The translations under genes were made by a program, and so were the position numbers. Shown here piece by piece: positions 28,201 to 36,848 of a stretch of DNA of 64,000 nucleotides (the first letter of the stretch is position 1; each line of letters starts with the position of its first letter). Origin of the DNA: a virus; the IMG/VR virus record IMGVR_UViG_3300028388_003908, positions 79,152-143,151 of that record; one strand, written 5' to 3'. The notes below the pieces were generated by a model that saw only the letters and a list, made by a program, of their open reading frames with translations, did no database searches and was not told the origin of the DNA.

Positions 28201-30053
28201 GAGCCGAGCAGATAAGGACCAAAGCCAGGTGTCGTGTAGAGCGCAGGAGTGCCGTTAAAGTCCTGAAACTGAACGGTGACGGTCTCTTCTACAGGAACCC
28301 CGCCCTCGATACGGGCGTCAGAGATAAGCTCGCTTCCTGATGGGAAGTTCACATCAACAACAGCGAGATCGGTGCCCTTGCCGGTGTAGCGTACACCATA
28401 AAGATTGCTCGTACCTCTAGTGACGCGATAAGAACCTACCCCGCTACGGTCCGCGACAACAGCGGTAAGCTCATAGCCGCCACCATTAACCACAGCCTCT
28501 GTCTGTAACAGGTTGTAGTAGAACGTAGCGAAAACCTTATGACCGGCAGGAACAGGTCTAGCCAAGACGATAGATGAATCTTGAGGATTAACCCTAGCGA
28601 CCGCAACGTCGGAGCGCTCAAGAGCGTCTGCCAACGTGTAGCCTGTCTTAACCTGCACAAGATCGGTGCGTGAGGTGGGAGTGCCAGTCCCCGTACCATC
28701 AACAGGCTGTGCAGGTAGCTTAAACGTGTTTGCTACGATTCTGCCGTTGATCACATGAGCAGAACACTCAGCAAGGAACATACGGTTATCCATATTTGAA
28801 GGGATAACCTTTGTTGTTGGGAAGCTAGAGCCCTCAACAGCGGTAGGCAGAGTAGCGCTACCCCAAAGGATCTTGTCGTCCTTGAGAACCCAATTTACGC
28901 CCTCGATGTATGTTGTGGCAGGTGAATTACCTGTCGCTACATCAGAGACTCTAGTGACCTCTCTTACACCCCTAGCAGGAATATAATCGAACTGATCCTT
29001 GAAAGGATTAAAGGCATAATCAACGGTGAGCGTAGAGCCAACCTTAGGCGCCTCACTAAGAGTGATCGCACCGGTAGCACCATCTACAGAGAGAGGTGTG
29101 ACGCTCACGCCATCTACCAACACAGACACATCGGAGACGTTCGTGGTCACGATACCAGAGCCGGTACCATCGGTAATAGGATTGTAGTTGGTGTGGAAGA
29201 TGGTCTTACGCGCAGAACCCGTCTGACCTTGGAAGATCCCGAGCGCGTCATTTGCAGTACCGCCTCCAACCACAATCGAACCATCGGCGGTCAACTCGAG
29301 GTTGTCTACTCCGAAGTTATCCGTAAAGACGGCTGCCTCTAGACTGCCCTTATTGGCTGTCGTGTTAACAGCGATCACAGCGCGAGCAAGATTATCCGCT
29401 CTGTTGGTGTTAACAAGAGGAAGACTGACGGTCACAGACACGCCATCTACAACAAGAGAAAGCGTGTTTGCTCCTGCGGTGAAGCCGTAATCGTCTGTGC
29501 TCTTCTTGACAACGCGGAGAGCGGTGCGCTCAGCGGTAATCTGATTGCTCAGATCCTCACCTACAACCGAGGTATCGTTTCGGTCAAAGAAGTAGGTGAG
29601 ATAAACGACATCCCCATCCTTAGGCGCTTGCGCGAGAGACACAATACCATTGACCCCATCAACAGCGAGCACTACAGCAGGATCGCCATTAATGGTCGCG
29701 CTCACAGAGGCGGGACTTGTTGTAGGGGTGCCCGTACCGTCTCCTGTGACGATAGGCCACAGCTTGGTTCTAACACGCGCTGAAGCGCCATCAAAATCCC
29801 CTAGGCTATAAGAGCCGTCAGGATTAACAGCGAGCACAGCGCGAGCGCTCATATCCTCTTCAACGATTTGCTGATCTACGGTCGCAGAGCTTCCGCGGAC
29901 CAAGGTCAATCCGTTAGATTCGATTGTCTCTCTGCCCGTACCGATGAACAGAGGAACACGGCCTGAAACGGTCGTGTCAGGTGTCGGTGTTTCAAAAACC
30001 GATTGCGTATATACGCCAGGTGGCGCGTAGCCTCCACTAATAGCCATGGTCAA
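25266..30053 (-). CDS. Contractile tail sheath protein with very large insertion
   Basis: N-terminal YAPPGVY; C-terminal sheath-like IQIADEV...Y(x)PMFPLLYIQFTF. Confidence 0.85.
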   Translation of the reverse strand: MTMAISGGYAPPGVYTQSVFETPTPDTTVSGRVPLFIGTGRETIESNGLTLVRGSSATVDQQIVEEDMSARAVLAVNPDGSYSLGDFDGASARVRTKLWPIVTGDGTGTPTTSPASVSATINGDPAVVLAVDGVNGIVSLAQAPKDGDVVYLTYFFDRNDTSVVGEDLSNQITAERTALRVVKKSTDDYGFTAGANTLSLVVDGVSVTVSLPLVNTNRADNLARAVIAVNTTANKGSLEAAVFTDNFGVDNLELTADGSIVVGGGTANDALGIFQGQTGSARKTIFHTNYNPITDGTGSGIVTTNVSDVSVLVDGVSVTPLSVDGATGAITLSEAPKVGSTLTVDYAFNPFKDQFDYIPARGVREVTRVSDVATGNSPATTYIEGVNWVLKDDKILWGSATLPTAVEGSSFPTTKVIPSNMDNRMFLAECSAHVINGRIVANTFKLPAQPVDGTGTGTPTSRTDLVQVKTGYTLADALERSDVAVARVNPQDSSIVLARPVPAGHKVFATFYYNLLQTEAVVNGGGYELTAVVADRSGVGSYRVTRGTSNLYGVRYTGKGTDLAVVDVNFPSGSELISDARIEGGVPVEETVTVQFQDFNGTPALYTTPGFGPYLLGSLSFEMDIDSTTLNGIDLDLSINKATIVGAPLDYTVASNGTTLDLDGTLLLEVDGQALSVNVSNPAGDVSTLVNAINVASQSVEASYTAMSALGSDSVTIVAGDHDELSVSYVGITGAGLVSRTDVTVTIPNASYTAAELAQEIQDQLQAVFDGVISDDGAGTTSLEVTADSIGRMVFTLTDVAAADIYGYIEFVTSVDDLAQVIGVDVDIADGSQSKFGILPVADFVSTDTSDGNNQFLRDRLILRSRFVAGARYVSLTRNTIEVVSGGDLAEACGLVAGTVATSAPLGRSLDILLTLDMGWDETSGSLAGVTLYDGTGTESANNLLSLVVNGQSHNIDLLDGNADGTTRSAQQIADLIDSVIGTTSVVNGNLIHAHLPVSVNAYIEVGEGSANDRFSLTAGDTFTTSAVSASAFSSALNSHLAQGGQLALRAFMFSTDIQSVSALQGDFVTTYGITYLTEDVAGRSYVTFESLNVGIDSNITFSSSTGVDEIGSGLGINAGDSVVGEAPYQGFVVTSDNPAGSGSAGTSVLSATGADGVVGQTYVDSVTGLRLTVLARDGGQRYPTGANATLTFVSSKTILTNSTLPVKVIPGVSLIVENTSGVTVGETVYVETFANAGDIDVNREPSIGSTYYLDIVRNKSVFGTAVFTRISDVIAEFGDISPQNSLTMAAYYAFVNGASAIALKQVPLLEGETELTTAQILASITESEGEILTGLSPSIIVPLVPANDAILTELSRHCDIQSSLRYRSERTAIVGFPAGTQPKEAQRLASITKNSRVRLVYPDIVSSTITNVQGVSQTYLLDGRYLAVALASATTAGTIDVATPWTSLQVLGFNTLSRNLDAVDANQTANSGVTVLQQRGGQIVVRHGLTTDMTSALTKTPTVIQIADEVHLRARNLTNDYIGQKFVPAVINQIEGRVNEMFRRLVAEQIINSFTGVSVAQDPEDPTGILIEAYYRPMFPLLYIQFTFNVRSAV

Positions 30054-30475
30054 CTCCCTTTAGCTTCTGTTTGAGTGTTCTTGATAATCTCCATAGCACC
30101 GTCTCGGTAATCTTTAAGTACCTCACCGGCTTCTCTATGCAAGGAATATGTGCCATCATCCTCTCGTAAAAGATCATATCCGGTCGCACCCTCGTTATCG
30201 TTGAGAATGTCCCATTTGTCTTTACGTCTCTGATAGATCGCGTCCCATTTCTGTCGAGCGTCCTCACCGATCACACGGTCAAAGTCCAAGTCCAAGGATT
30301 CAATCCCCGTAGATTGGACCTCTAAAGAACCGCTCACGTCAGAGGAGAAGCCTACAGATAGATCTTTCTTCTCCGAGTAAGCGATCTGACCGCAGTCGCA
30401 AGACACGCTCTCTAAAGTAGACCTCTTACGAAAAGAAAGTCCACACGAGTCGCAGAGATAACGGATAATCGGCAT
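30050..30475 (-). CDS. FmdB-like zinc-ribbon protein
   Basis: MPIIRYLCDSCG...CDCG. Confidence 0.65.
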   Translation of the reverse strand: MPIIRYLCDSCGLSFRKRSTLESVSCDCGQIAYSEKKDLSVGFSSDVSGSLEVQSTGIESLDLDFDRVIGEDARQKWDAIYQRRKDKWDILNDNEGATGYDLLREDDGTYSLHREAGEVLKDYRDGAMEIIKNTQTEAKGS

Positions 30476-30526
30476 ATTGTCCTCTCATGTATCGCTAGGT
30501 AATAGCGTTTAAAGATTAACAATATA

Positions 30527-31645
30527 TCAAAGCACCGTAGGTATCACTACCTCCGTACCGATACCGGATATCATATCCCCTGCTGGAGCGATCTCAAAAG
30601 GCACCACACCTTCTGTCGTTAAATAATAAATGGGGATGTAAACGGGCTCATGCACAAACCAATTTGTCTGCGCTGTAAATGAGATCGAACCCGTATAAAA
30701 GTAATCATCTCCGTTCTCGTCATAAACCTCTTCTGCCTCGCCCCCTAGGTTTACCTCAGAGATATCCACTCCCATGTCTGTTAAGGACTTACGCAGAGAC
30801 GACCAAATCCAAACCACCGTTCTGTCGCAAATATCTGCTTGAGAATGAGGATCTCTAGCGATTAGCTCTATGTCTACAGACACATCCCAACGCCCGCCAT
30901 ATTCTTGAGATACAATCTCGGGCGTCTCGTTAACCAACACCACCTGCTGATCACCTTCTTTGAGCTTGCGTCCGAAAGCAAGTATCGCCCCCTGCACAAT
31001 GTTGTTATATGCGCTGGCTGGCTTGACCGTGAAAGGACCTTCTTGTCCAGAATCAACCGTGTAGCGCGCCTCCAAAGAAAGCCCGTTAGGTAGTGCCTCG
31101 TTAAGTGTCACCGTGCCCGTCTCATAATCCAGCGTATATTCGCTCGTTCTCACCAAACGCATAGACGGATACTCGATCAGTCTTAAAGACCCCTCTAAGG
31201 GCACGTCCAATAGCTGTACCTCGCTACCTACAACAATAGGTGAGGTCTCTAAGCGTCTCTCATATCGGTGAGCGTAGACGTGAAAGCTATGTCCGGACAC
31301 ATTAGCGTTGGGATCGTCAAAAATCTTAATGACGTAGACGCCGGGGGAATTAGCGCTCGCCATCGCGTCCTCTTTGACCCACTCGATAGATCCGTAAGGC
31401 TTGAATTCCTTTAGACGTGCTAAACTAACTGTGCTCTTAACCGTACCTATGAAGTTATCAGGACTAAGCACGATATTTGAAGCTCCTCCTGTTCTTACGA
31501 CCATACCGAACTGAGGACGCTCCTCAAAGCTATACTTACCTTGTATGTTATTGGACAATCCAACATAACGTGGATCGTCATTCCAAAAGCCCCTAAGCTC
31601 ATGGATGATTCTATCTCTGACCGCAAGCGTAAGATGGGCGAACAT
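30527..31645 (-). CDS. Putative tail completion/terminator structural protein
   Basis: Position upstream of the sheath; beta-rich; C-terminal D-I-E-L-I-ARD pattern. Confidence 0.45.
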   Translation of the reverse strand: MFAHLTLAVRDRIIHELRGFWNDDPRYVGLSNNIQGKYSFEERPQFGMVVRTGGASNIVLSPDNFIGTVKSTVSLARLKEFKPYGSIEWVKEDAMASANSPGVYVIKIFDDPNANVSGHSFHVYAHRYERRLETSPIVVGSEVQLLDVPLEGSLRLIEYPSMRLVRTSEYTLDYETGTVTLNEALPNGLSLEARYTVDSGQEGPFTVKPASAYNNIVQGAILAFGRKLKEGDQQVVLVNETPEIVSQEYGGRWDVSVDIELIARDPHSQADICDRTVVWIWSSLRKSLTDMGVDISEVNLGGEAEEVYDENGDDYFYTGSISFTAQTNWFVHEPVYIPIYYLTTEGVVPFEIAPAGDMISGIGTEVVIPTVL

Positions 31646-31851
31646 TACTGATCCCCTTCCTTGTGCAGTACGACCCTCAACGTGTCATTAATGATCTGTA
31701 GCGTTACCTTATGTCCGTGATCATGATTTATCGCATACTCAAGACCTGAGCTGTCTATCTTGACAACCTCTAAACGAGATACGTCAGGTACGCGCTTAGG
31801 TTCTGTACCGATCAAAATGACAGGCTGAGTTCTTTCCATGTCATTACTCAT
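31645..31851 (-). CDS. Small hypothetical protein
   Basis: GGAGG RBS; coupled to the next gene. Confidence 0.6.
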   Translation of the reverse strand: MSNDMERTQPVILIGTEPKRVPDVSRLEVVKIDSSGLEYAINHDHGHKVTLQIINDTLRVVLHKEGDQ

Positions 31852-31928
31852 AGCGTCACCTCCTCTTTAAACACAGAGGCTATAGACGCTTAAAAAGGTA
31901 ATCACCCCCAAGGATTTTAGACCGATTC

Positions 31929-32224
31929 TTATGGTTGAGAGAAGACGCTTACCCGACCCATAGAGATTGTCACATCAATAGCAAAGTTCTTCTCAAGTTC
32001 CCCCCATGAATATGGAACCTTATCATAATCAAAATGAGCTATACCTACTACGCTGACACAGATCTAGGATTCACGCGCTCTCCGAGATTATTAATCTCTC
32101 CTGCGACCTGCTGGCTTAAACCTCTAAGATCCACCATACGACCTGCGGTGCGACCCATGCCTTGCTCAAGACGTGCTACGCGCTGTTGTAACTCACGGAT
32201 CATTTCACTTGCTGTTCTTCTCAT
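31929..32224 (-). pseudogene. Leader-family gene (MRRTASEMIRELQQRVARLE...RTAG) interrupted by a frameshift at about 32052-32060
   Basis: First frame ends TAG TAG at 32050-32045; the -1 frame continues SVVGIAHFDYDKVPYSWGELEKNFAIDVTISMGRVSVFSQP* to 31929. Confidence 0.65.
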
Positions 32225-32287
32225 GGGGAGATCCTTTCTCATGTTGGCATGATTGCTCTCTCAGAGCGCTCATAAATGAAAAAACGC

Positions 32288-32545
32288 TTAAAAGATTTCC
32301 TGCCCAACATTCTCCGATTTCAAGATAATCTCAGGACCATCTGAACTCATCTGAAAAGGCCCATCTACGATAAACCTCTGACCATTACCGTCCTCAAAAA
32401 CAACCCGGACGTATGTCCTCGGTAGCCATTCTGTGTCCATGTCGTATTCGTCATCCTTTAGATTTAGAATCTCGTCTACGACCTTTACCATGTCTTCTTC
32501 CATAAGAGCCTCACATAAAAAAGAGTAAGGATTATGAGTAGACAT
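32288..32545 (-). CDS. Hypothetical protein
   Basis: 85-aa acidic ORF. Confidence 0.5.
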   Translation of the reverse strand: MSTHNPYSFLCEALMEEDMVKVVDEILNLKDDEYDMDTEWLPRTYVRVVFEDGNGQRFIVDGPFQMSSDGPEIILKSENVGQEIF

Positions 32546-32559
32546 GATAAGAACAAACC

Positions 32560-32934
32560 ATGCAAGAGGATTTAAAGGATTTGCACATGAGTGAATGGGT
32601 CGTCTACGTCATACAGAGTCAACAACCACGCAAAACAGCTTCCGGAAAGCCTGCGGAAGGATTCTTCTATGTCGGCTGTACCACCGATGTAGAGCGCAGA
32701 CTAAGACAGCATAATGGCGAGATCAAAGGAGGCGCGAAATACACATCTAAGTATCGCCCTTGGAAGCTCATGTGTACTTATGGTACATACGCTAATCGTT
32801 CAGAAGCGATGAAGGCGGAGCGCGCTCTCAAAAAAAAGAGAGGGCGCCACCGCCTTCATTGGACACCAGAAGAATCAAAATGGTGTCGAGGCAGAGAACC
32901 TAGAGATTTACTTAAAAGTGGTACACAGTCTTAG
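32560..32934 (+). CDS. GIY-YIG nuclease (Slx1/UPF0213-like)
   Basis: VYVI...YVGCTTDVERRLRQHNG...GAKYT...RPW...AMKAE. Confidence 0.9.
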   Translation: MQEDLKDLHMSEWVVYVIQSQQPRKTASGKPAEGFFYVGCTTDVERRLRQHNGEIKGGAKYTSKYRPWKLMCTYGTYANRSEAMKAERALKKKRGRHRLHWTPEESKWCRGREPRDLLKSGTQS

Positions 32935-33202
32935 TACCCAAAGATTCAGCCACCATCTTGATAAAAGCTCTCGCATCTCCACGATACTCTTTACCATTCC
33001 TGTTCAGAGCAACCTCAGCACCGCGACCAAAGGTAGCAAATGCGTTACCTTTTAGGACAGCTTTCAGTTCATTAAAATTATTGATCTTAATCATATCCCC
33101 GTCTTCAGCTATAAGGATGAAAGATTCCCCTGCGGTCTTACCCTCAAGTTGTGCGATACGGGTTTCAAGATCACGAATTACTTCACTAGCTGTTCTTCTC
33201 AT
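32912..33202 (-). CDS. Leader-family protein (MRRTASEVIRDLETRIAQLEGKTAG)
   Basis: Leader and upstream region conserved with the copies at 32224 and 51835. Confidence 0.8.
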   Translation of the reverse strand: MRRTASEVIRDLETRIAQLEGKTAGESFILIAEDGDMIKINNFNELKAVLKGNAFATFGRGAEVALNRNGKEYRGDARAFIKMVAESLGTKTVYHF

Positions 33203-33266
33203 GTGGAAGATCCTTTCTCGGTTAGCATGATTGCTCTCTCAGAGCATTTATAAATGAAAAAAAAAA

Positions 33267-33494
33267 TCAAAGAGACCGATAGTACTCAGAGAGCAGTTGC
33301 TTGGCCATGTTCAAACCTACATCGAACTTGCGCGAAATCGCCTTCAAGATCAGATCATCTGACATACCTATATCCTTCAAAGATCTGATCTCTCTGTTCA
33401 CCTTAAAAGGTGGTAAAAAGAAACCTCGATCCCTTTCCAAATAAGCGTTCGCCACTCTTCGGGCGCTCTCTTTAAGCATAGCTAATCTTCTCAT
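33267..33494 (-). CDS. Small protein with MRRLA...ARRVANAYL motif
   Basis: ORF carrying the recurring RVAxxY motif. Confidence 0.65.
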   Translation of the reverse strand: MRRLAMLKESARRVANAYLERDRGFFLPPFKVNREIRSLKDIGMSDDLILKAISRKFDVGLNMAKQLLSEYYRSL

Positions 33495-33637
33495 ATTCGT
33501 AACCTATCTGTGAGTATTTTATGACCCTAAATCAGCCTGATTAAAAAATCAGTGGTCGGTCAGGCTCTCTCATTGAGAAGCTCACAGGCGAGGTTCTTAG
33601 TCCTCGTCATCCTCGTAGTCCTTGAAGGTGAGGTAAG

Positions 33638-35017
33638 TTATTGACCCAAAAACCTCTCAACCTTCTCAATCACTGACCTCTCGTCTGACCTTATCTCTCC
33701 CTCCCAAATCACAAGGCAAGACACACCACAACAAGCATAGTAGTCAACCACCTCTGCTTCATGCTCCTCATTACTCTTGCCCGTCTTTGATTCCCCATGC
33801 CAGTAGTCCCCAAATACCTCCACCACCTTATACACCCGTAAATCGTTCAAATTAGCGCCGGCTATATAACTCTCGTACTGACTCTCAGACAAATAAATGA
33901 AATCAGGGTTTCTCGCCCTCTCCGCCCCCTTATGCCTTAACCAGTATGAGTGATCCCCTGCATAAACCAATCTCTCTGGCGTGATCGAATCAAAGTATCT
34001 CTCCAACTTGTTAGGGAAATCAAAGGTACTTTGTAAGCTCTGAGGAGGAAATGGTACCCCGTACTTTTCTAGCCAAGTTGCTTTAATACGGTCCTTGACC
34101 TCTTGTGATTTAGATGGATTATCCACCCCATAACGCTCAAGACAAGTCGCCCTACTCTTATCAAGAAAATCTGCTCTTTTTAAAGGATGTTCAACACCAT
34201 ACCTCTCAAGGTAAGTAGCTTTTGCTTTCTGATCGAACCAAGATACTTGTGGGGAGTATTTCACCCCATAACGCTCAAGATTCGTCTCTTTTTGCCTTTG
34301 TTTAACCACATCACATTTCATAGGGTGTTCAACACCATAGCGCTCTAAACAAGCCTCCTTAAATTTCGCTTGAAACTCGTCCGTCTCAACATAGTGTTCA
34401 ACACCATAACGCTCAAGATTCGTAGCTTTACGCTTATCCATAATCTCATCAGACTGATTAGGGTACTCTACCCCATAACGCTCAAGATTCGTCTCTTTAA
34501 TGCGCTCCTGTACGACACCCGAAGCAAATACGTTCTCTACCCCATAACGCTCAAGATTCGTAGCCTTACGCCTCTCTTTAATCTCATCACTATGAGCTAC
34601 GTTCTCTACCCCATAACGCTCAAGATTCGTATCTTTGATCTTCTCTCTTATAGAGCTATCTTGAAACACGTTATCCACACCATAACGCTCCTTGACCGTA
34701 GCCTTACGCTTCTCGTTTGTCTTAGGTATCGAGGTAAGAGCGCTGTACTTAGCACGATACTCTTTTGCGTCATAACCATGCACCTTCCTTACATGATCCG
34801 CAATACGCTTCTTACGATAACCGCAAATCTTACAAGATAGATAGTCCACACCCTCTACCAAATCAGGCTCATACAAACCCCTTTGAAAATATTCATCGAA
34901 GTTGAAATCAGATGAAGGTACGCCAATCTTAGCCTCCCAATCACTACAGCGTGTAATGTGACCAGGGAGACCTTTAGCGCTCACTTCCTTTTTACAAGCA
35001 GGACAATGTGTTGTCAT
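33638..35017 (-). CDS. Free-standing homing-endonuclease-like protein: Zn fingers, ten ~23-aa E(R/K)YGV repeats, C-terminal PD-(D/E)xK/Vsr-like nuclease
   Basis: CPAC and CKIC...H; repeats of KATNLERYGVE; NPDF...VVEVFGDYWHG...LVIWE. Confidence 0.8.
   Translation of the reverse strand: MTTHCPACKKEVSAKGLPGHITRCSDWEAKIGVPSSDFNFDEYFQRGLYEPDLVEGVDYLSCKICGYRKKRIADHVRKVHGYDAKEYRAKYSALTSIPKTNEKRKATVKERYGVDNVFQDSSIREKIKDTNLERYGVENVAHSDEIKERRKATNLERYGVENVFASGVVQERIKETNLERYGVEYPNQSDEIMDKRKATNLERYGVEHYVETDEFQAKFKEACLERYGVEHPMKCDVVKQRQKETNLERYGVKYSPQVSWFDQKAKATYLERYGVEHPLKRADFLDKSRATCLERYGVDNPSKSQEVKDRIKATWLEKYGVPFPPQSLQSTFDFPNKLERYFDSITPERLVYAGDHSYWLRHKGAERARNPDFIYLSESQYESYIAGANLNDLRVYKVVEVFGDYWHGESKTGKSNEEHEAEVVDYYACCGVSCLVIWEGEIRSDERSVIEKVERFLGQ
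34050..34720. repeat. Coding tandem repeat with a period of about 69 bp (core ccataacgctcaagattcgt)
   Basis: Recurs in frame; encodes the ERYGV repeats. Confidence 0.85.
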
Positions 35018-35120
35018 AAAACACCCCTAAATAGACAAGAGTGCTTAATCCTACATCAAACTTTATGTGCTGTAAAGTATATTGAAAAATATATCGTAAG
35101 TGTCTATAACTAAAAGAGAT

Positions 35121-36017
35121 TTACAGGAAGTTCCTCGGACCTAAAACCCCTCGACCAACGTGGGGACCAAATGCCGACCTGATGCCCACCCCATATTTAG
35201 GCTGACGTAATCCTCTCAAAATCTTCACCGTGCGCGATTTAGCTTCAACGCTTTGAGACCACATCTGCTCAGCGCTCGATTTCAAGGATTCATAGCGTGA
35301 CGATTTATCGAGACTAAGTGAGATACCTCCTATCGAATAATCAAATTCATCCACGATCCAATTCGCCTGTAGCGCCATGGCTGCGAACTGAATAGCCCCT
35401 TGAAGAATCGGAGTTCTCCAAGCGGGCTTACGAGAGACGATGGCGTCTAGATTGGTGTACTCATCGGTCTCAGGTGGTTGCATATTCCACCAGTCTAAGG
35501 CGCGCTCTAGATACTCAAGAAACTCCTCGTCTTCCCACACCTGACCGAACACCTGATTATATGAGTTGATGTTAGCCTCATGCTCAGGCGGTCTGAAATG
35601 ATAATATTTATCAGGGTTGGCGTCACGGAGGAGTATCCTCAGTTTATCGACCATTATTCTCTGACCATCTGTCATGCTAATCCCGAGCATCGAACCTTCA
35701 GAGACAATCTGAAAGTCCTGTACCACGGTTTGCTCGGGAGAATTCACAAGCTCTCTAAGCGTCCATCTTATGCGGTATCTACCATAGGCTGCCGATGTAG
35801 GTATTGTTACCGAAGCGTAATACTCACCGATAGCGGGATTCTCAGGTATGCGCTGTGCAGGACCGATAAGCACGTCTGCCTCAGGCGGTCCTGGATCTAC
35901 ATAATAAAGCGCATAAGTAATCTCGGCCGCGTTAGCGATGTTGCCCGCAGAGTTGGTCAAGAAGATGTCTAAATCCCCTCTTGAGAGCGTCTGATTGCGC
36001 TTAAAGATAACAGACAT
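35121..36017 (-). CDS. Putative neck/head-tail adaptor structural protein
   Basis: Ig-like N-terminus; helical C-terminus with FDYSIGGISLSLDKS; structural-gene context. Confidence 0.5.
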   Translation of the reverse strand: MSVIFKRNQTLSRGDLDIFLTNSAGNIANAAEITYALYYVDPGPPEADVLIGPAQRIPENPAIGEYYASVTIPTSAAYGRYRIRWTLRELVNSPEQTVVQDFQIVSEGSMLGISMTDGQRIMVDKLRILLRDANPDKYYHFRPPEHEANINSYNQVFGQVWEDEEFLEYLERALDWWNMQPPETDEYTNLDAIVSRKPAWRTPILQGAIQFAAMALQANWIVDEFDYSIGGISLSLDKSSRYESLKSSAEQMWSQSVEAKSRTVKILRGLRQPKYGVGIRSAFGPHVGRGVLGPRNFL

Positions 36018-36018
36018 G

Positions 36019-36065
36019 ATAAACCCCCTTGTCTTGAGCTTTTAAATCAAGACAAGGGGGTTTAT
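36019..36065 (-). promoter_or_regulatory. Perfect 19-bp inverted repeat sequestering the RBS of 35121..36017
   Basis: ataaacccccttgtcttga, 9-nt loop, tcaagacaagggggtttat; ends 1 nt before the ATG. Confidence 0.75.
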
Positions 36066-36090
36066 TTAAGGTTTACAGCGCGTCTAGTTC

Positions 36091-36774
36091 TTAGACGACA
36101 AGACTAAAGGTAACGTGGTTGCTACCTTCCTCAAAGATCCAAACGTCCGCCCTCATTCTTACTAGAGAAGGATGTGGGATAAGGATCTCTACATATCCTG
36201 CATCTCTGTAGAGCTTAACTCCTTTGACCGCTTTCAAGAGCGTTCTGTAAACAAGTCTTGGACGCATATTGACCCTAACGGAACCTCGCACAATGTCGGC
36301 AGAGATGCCTGCATCTTCCAAGATCTGCAAAAGAGCAAGATTCTCTTTACTAACTGTAGAAGGTGCTCGTCTATCAGTAATGAAATCCTGATCTAACCCA
36401 TCGGGGTCCTCAAGACCAATTCATCTTGAAGTCTCCCAAGGGTCGATAGCCTCCTTCTCAAGGCGCGCTACGCGCATCTCAAGCTCACGGATAACCTCAC
36501 CGGCTGTTCTTCCCATATTTGCTGTTCTTAGTAGATTCTTGGGGGTGTTGCGCTTCAAGAAATTCTGAACGGTTTGGGCAGCCTTTGATCCGAGATCATT
36601 AGTCACAATGCGACCACCCTCCCAATGAGCGATATTTGACCCGCCCATCCATACGCCATCTAGACGCATACCGTTAGTGAGTAGCTTCTTAGACTCTGCG
36701 GGTTTTTGATCAATAAATGCGTTGATCACCATCTTATCCTTCTCGGATAGACGTAGCTCTGCGATTCGTCTCAT
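36091..36774 (-). pseudogene. Two-module leader-family gene with a single in-frame TGA at 36421-36423
   Basis: ORFs 36421..36822 and 36091..36330 are in frame; the gap reads IGLEDPDGLDQDFITDRRAPSTVSKENLAL with no further stop. Confidence 0.65.
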
Positions 36775-36848
36775 AATAGATAACCTTTCAATCTGTCGTG
36801 TGCATGAGCGTACTATAAGCAAAAAAAAAGACCAAAGGAGAGACCGAC

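Noticed and set aside
34050-34720. Regularly spaced ~20-bp direct repeats resembling a CRISPR array
   Set aside because: The period is an in-frame 69 bp inside an ORF, the 'spacers' are similar to each other, and no cas genes are present; these are protein repeats.
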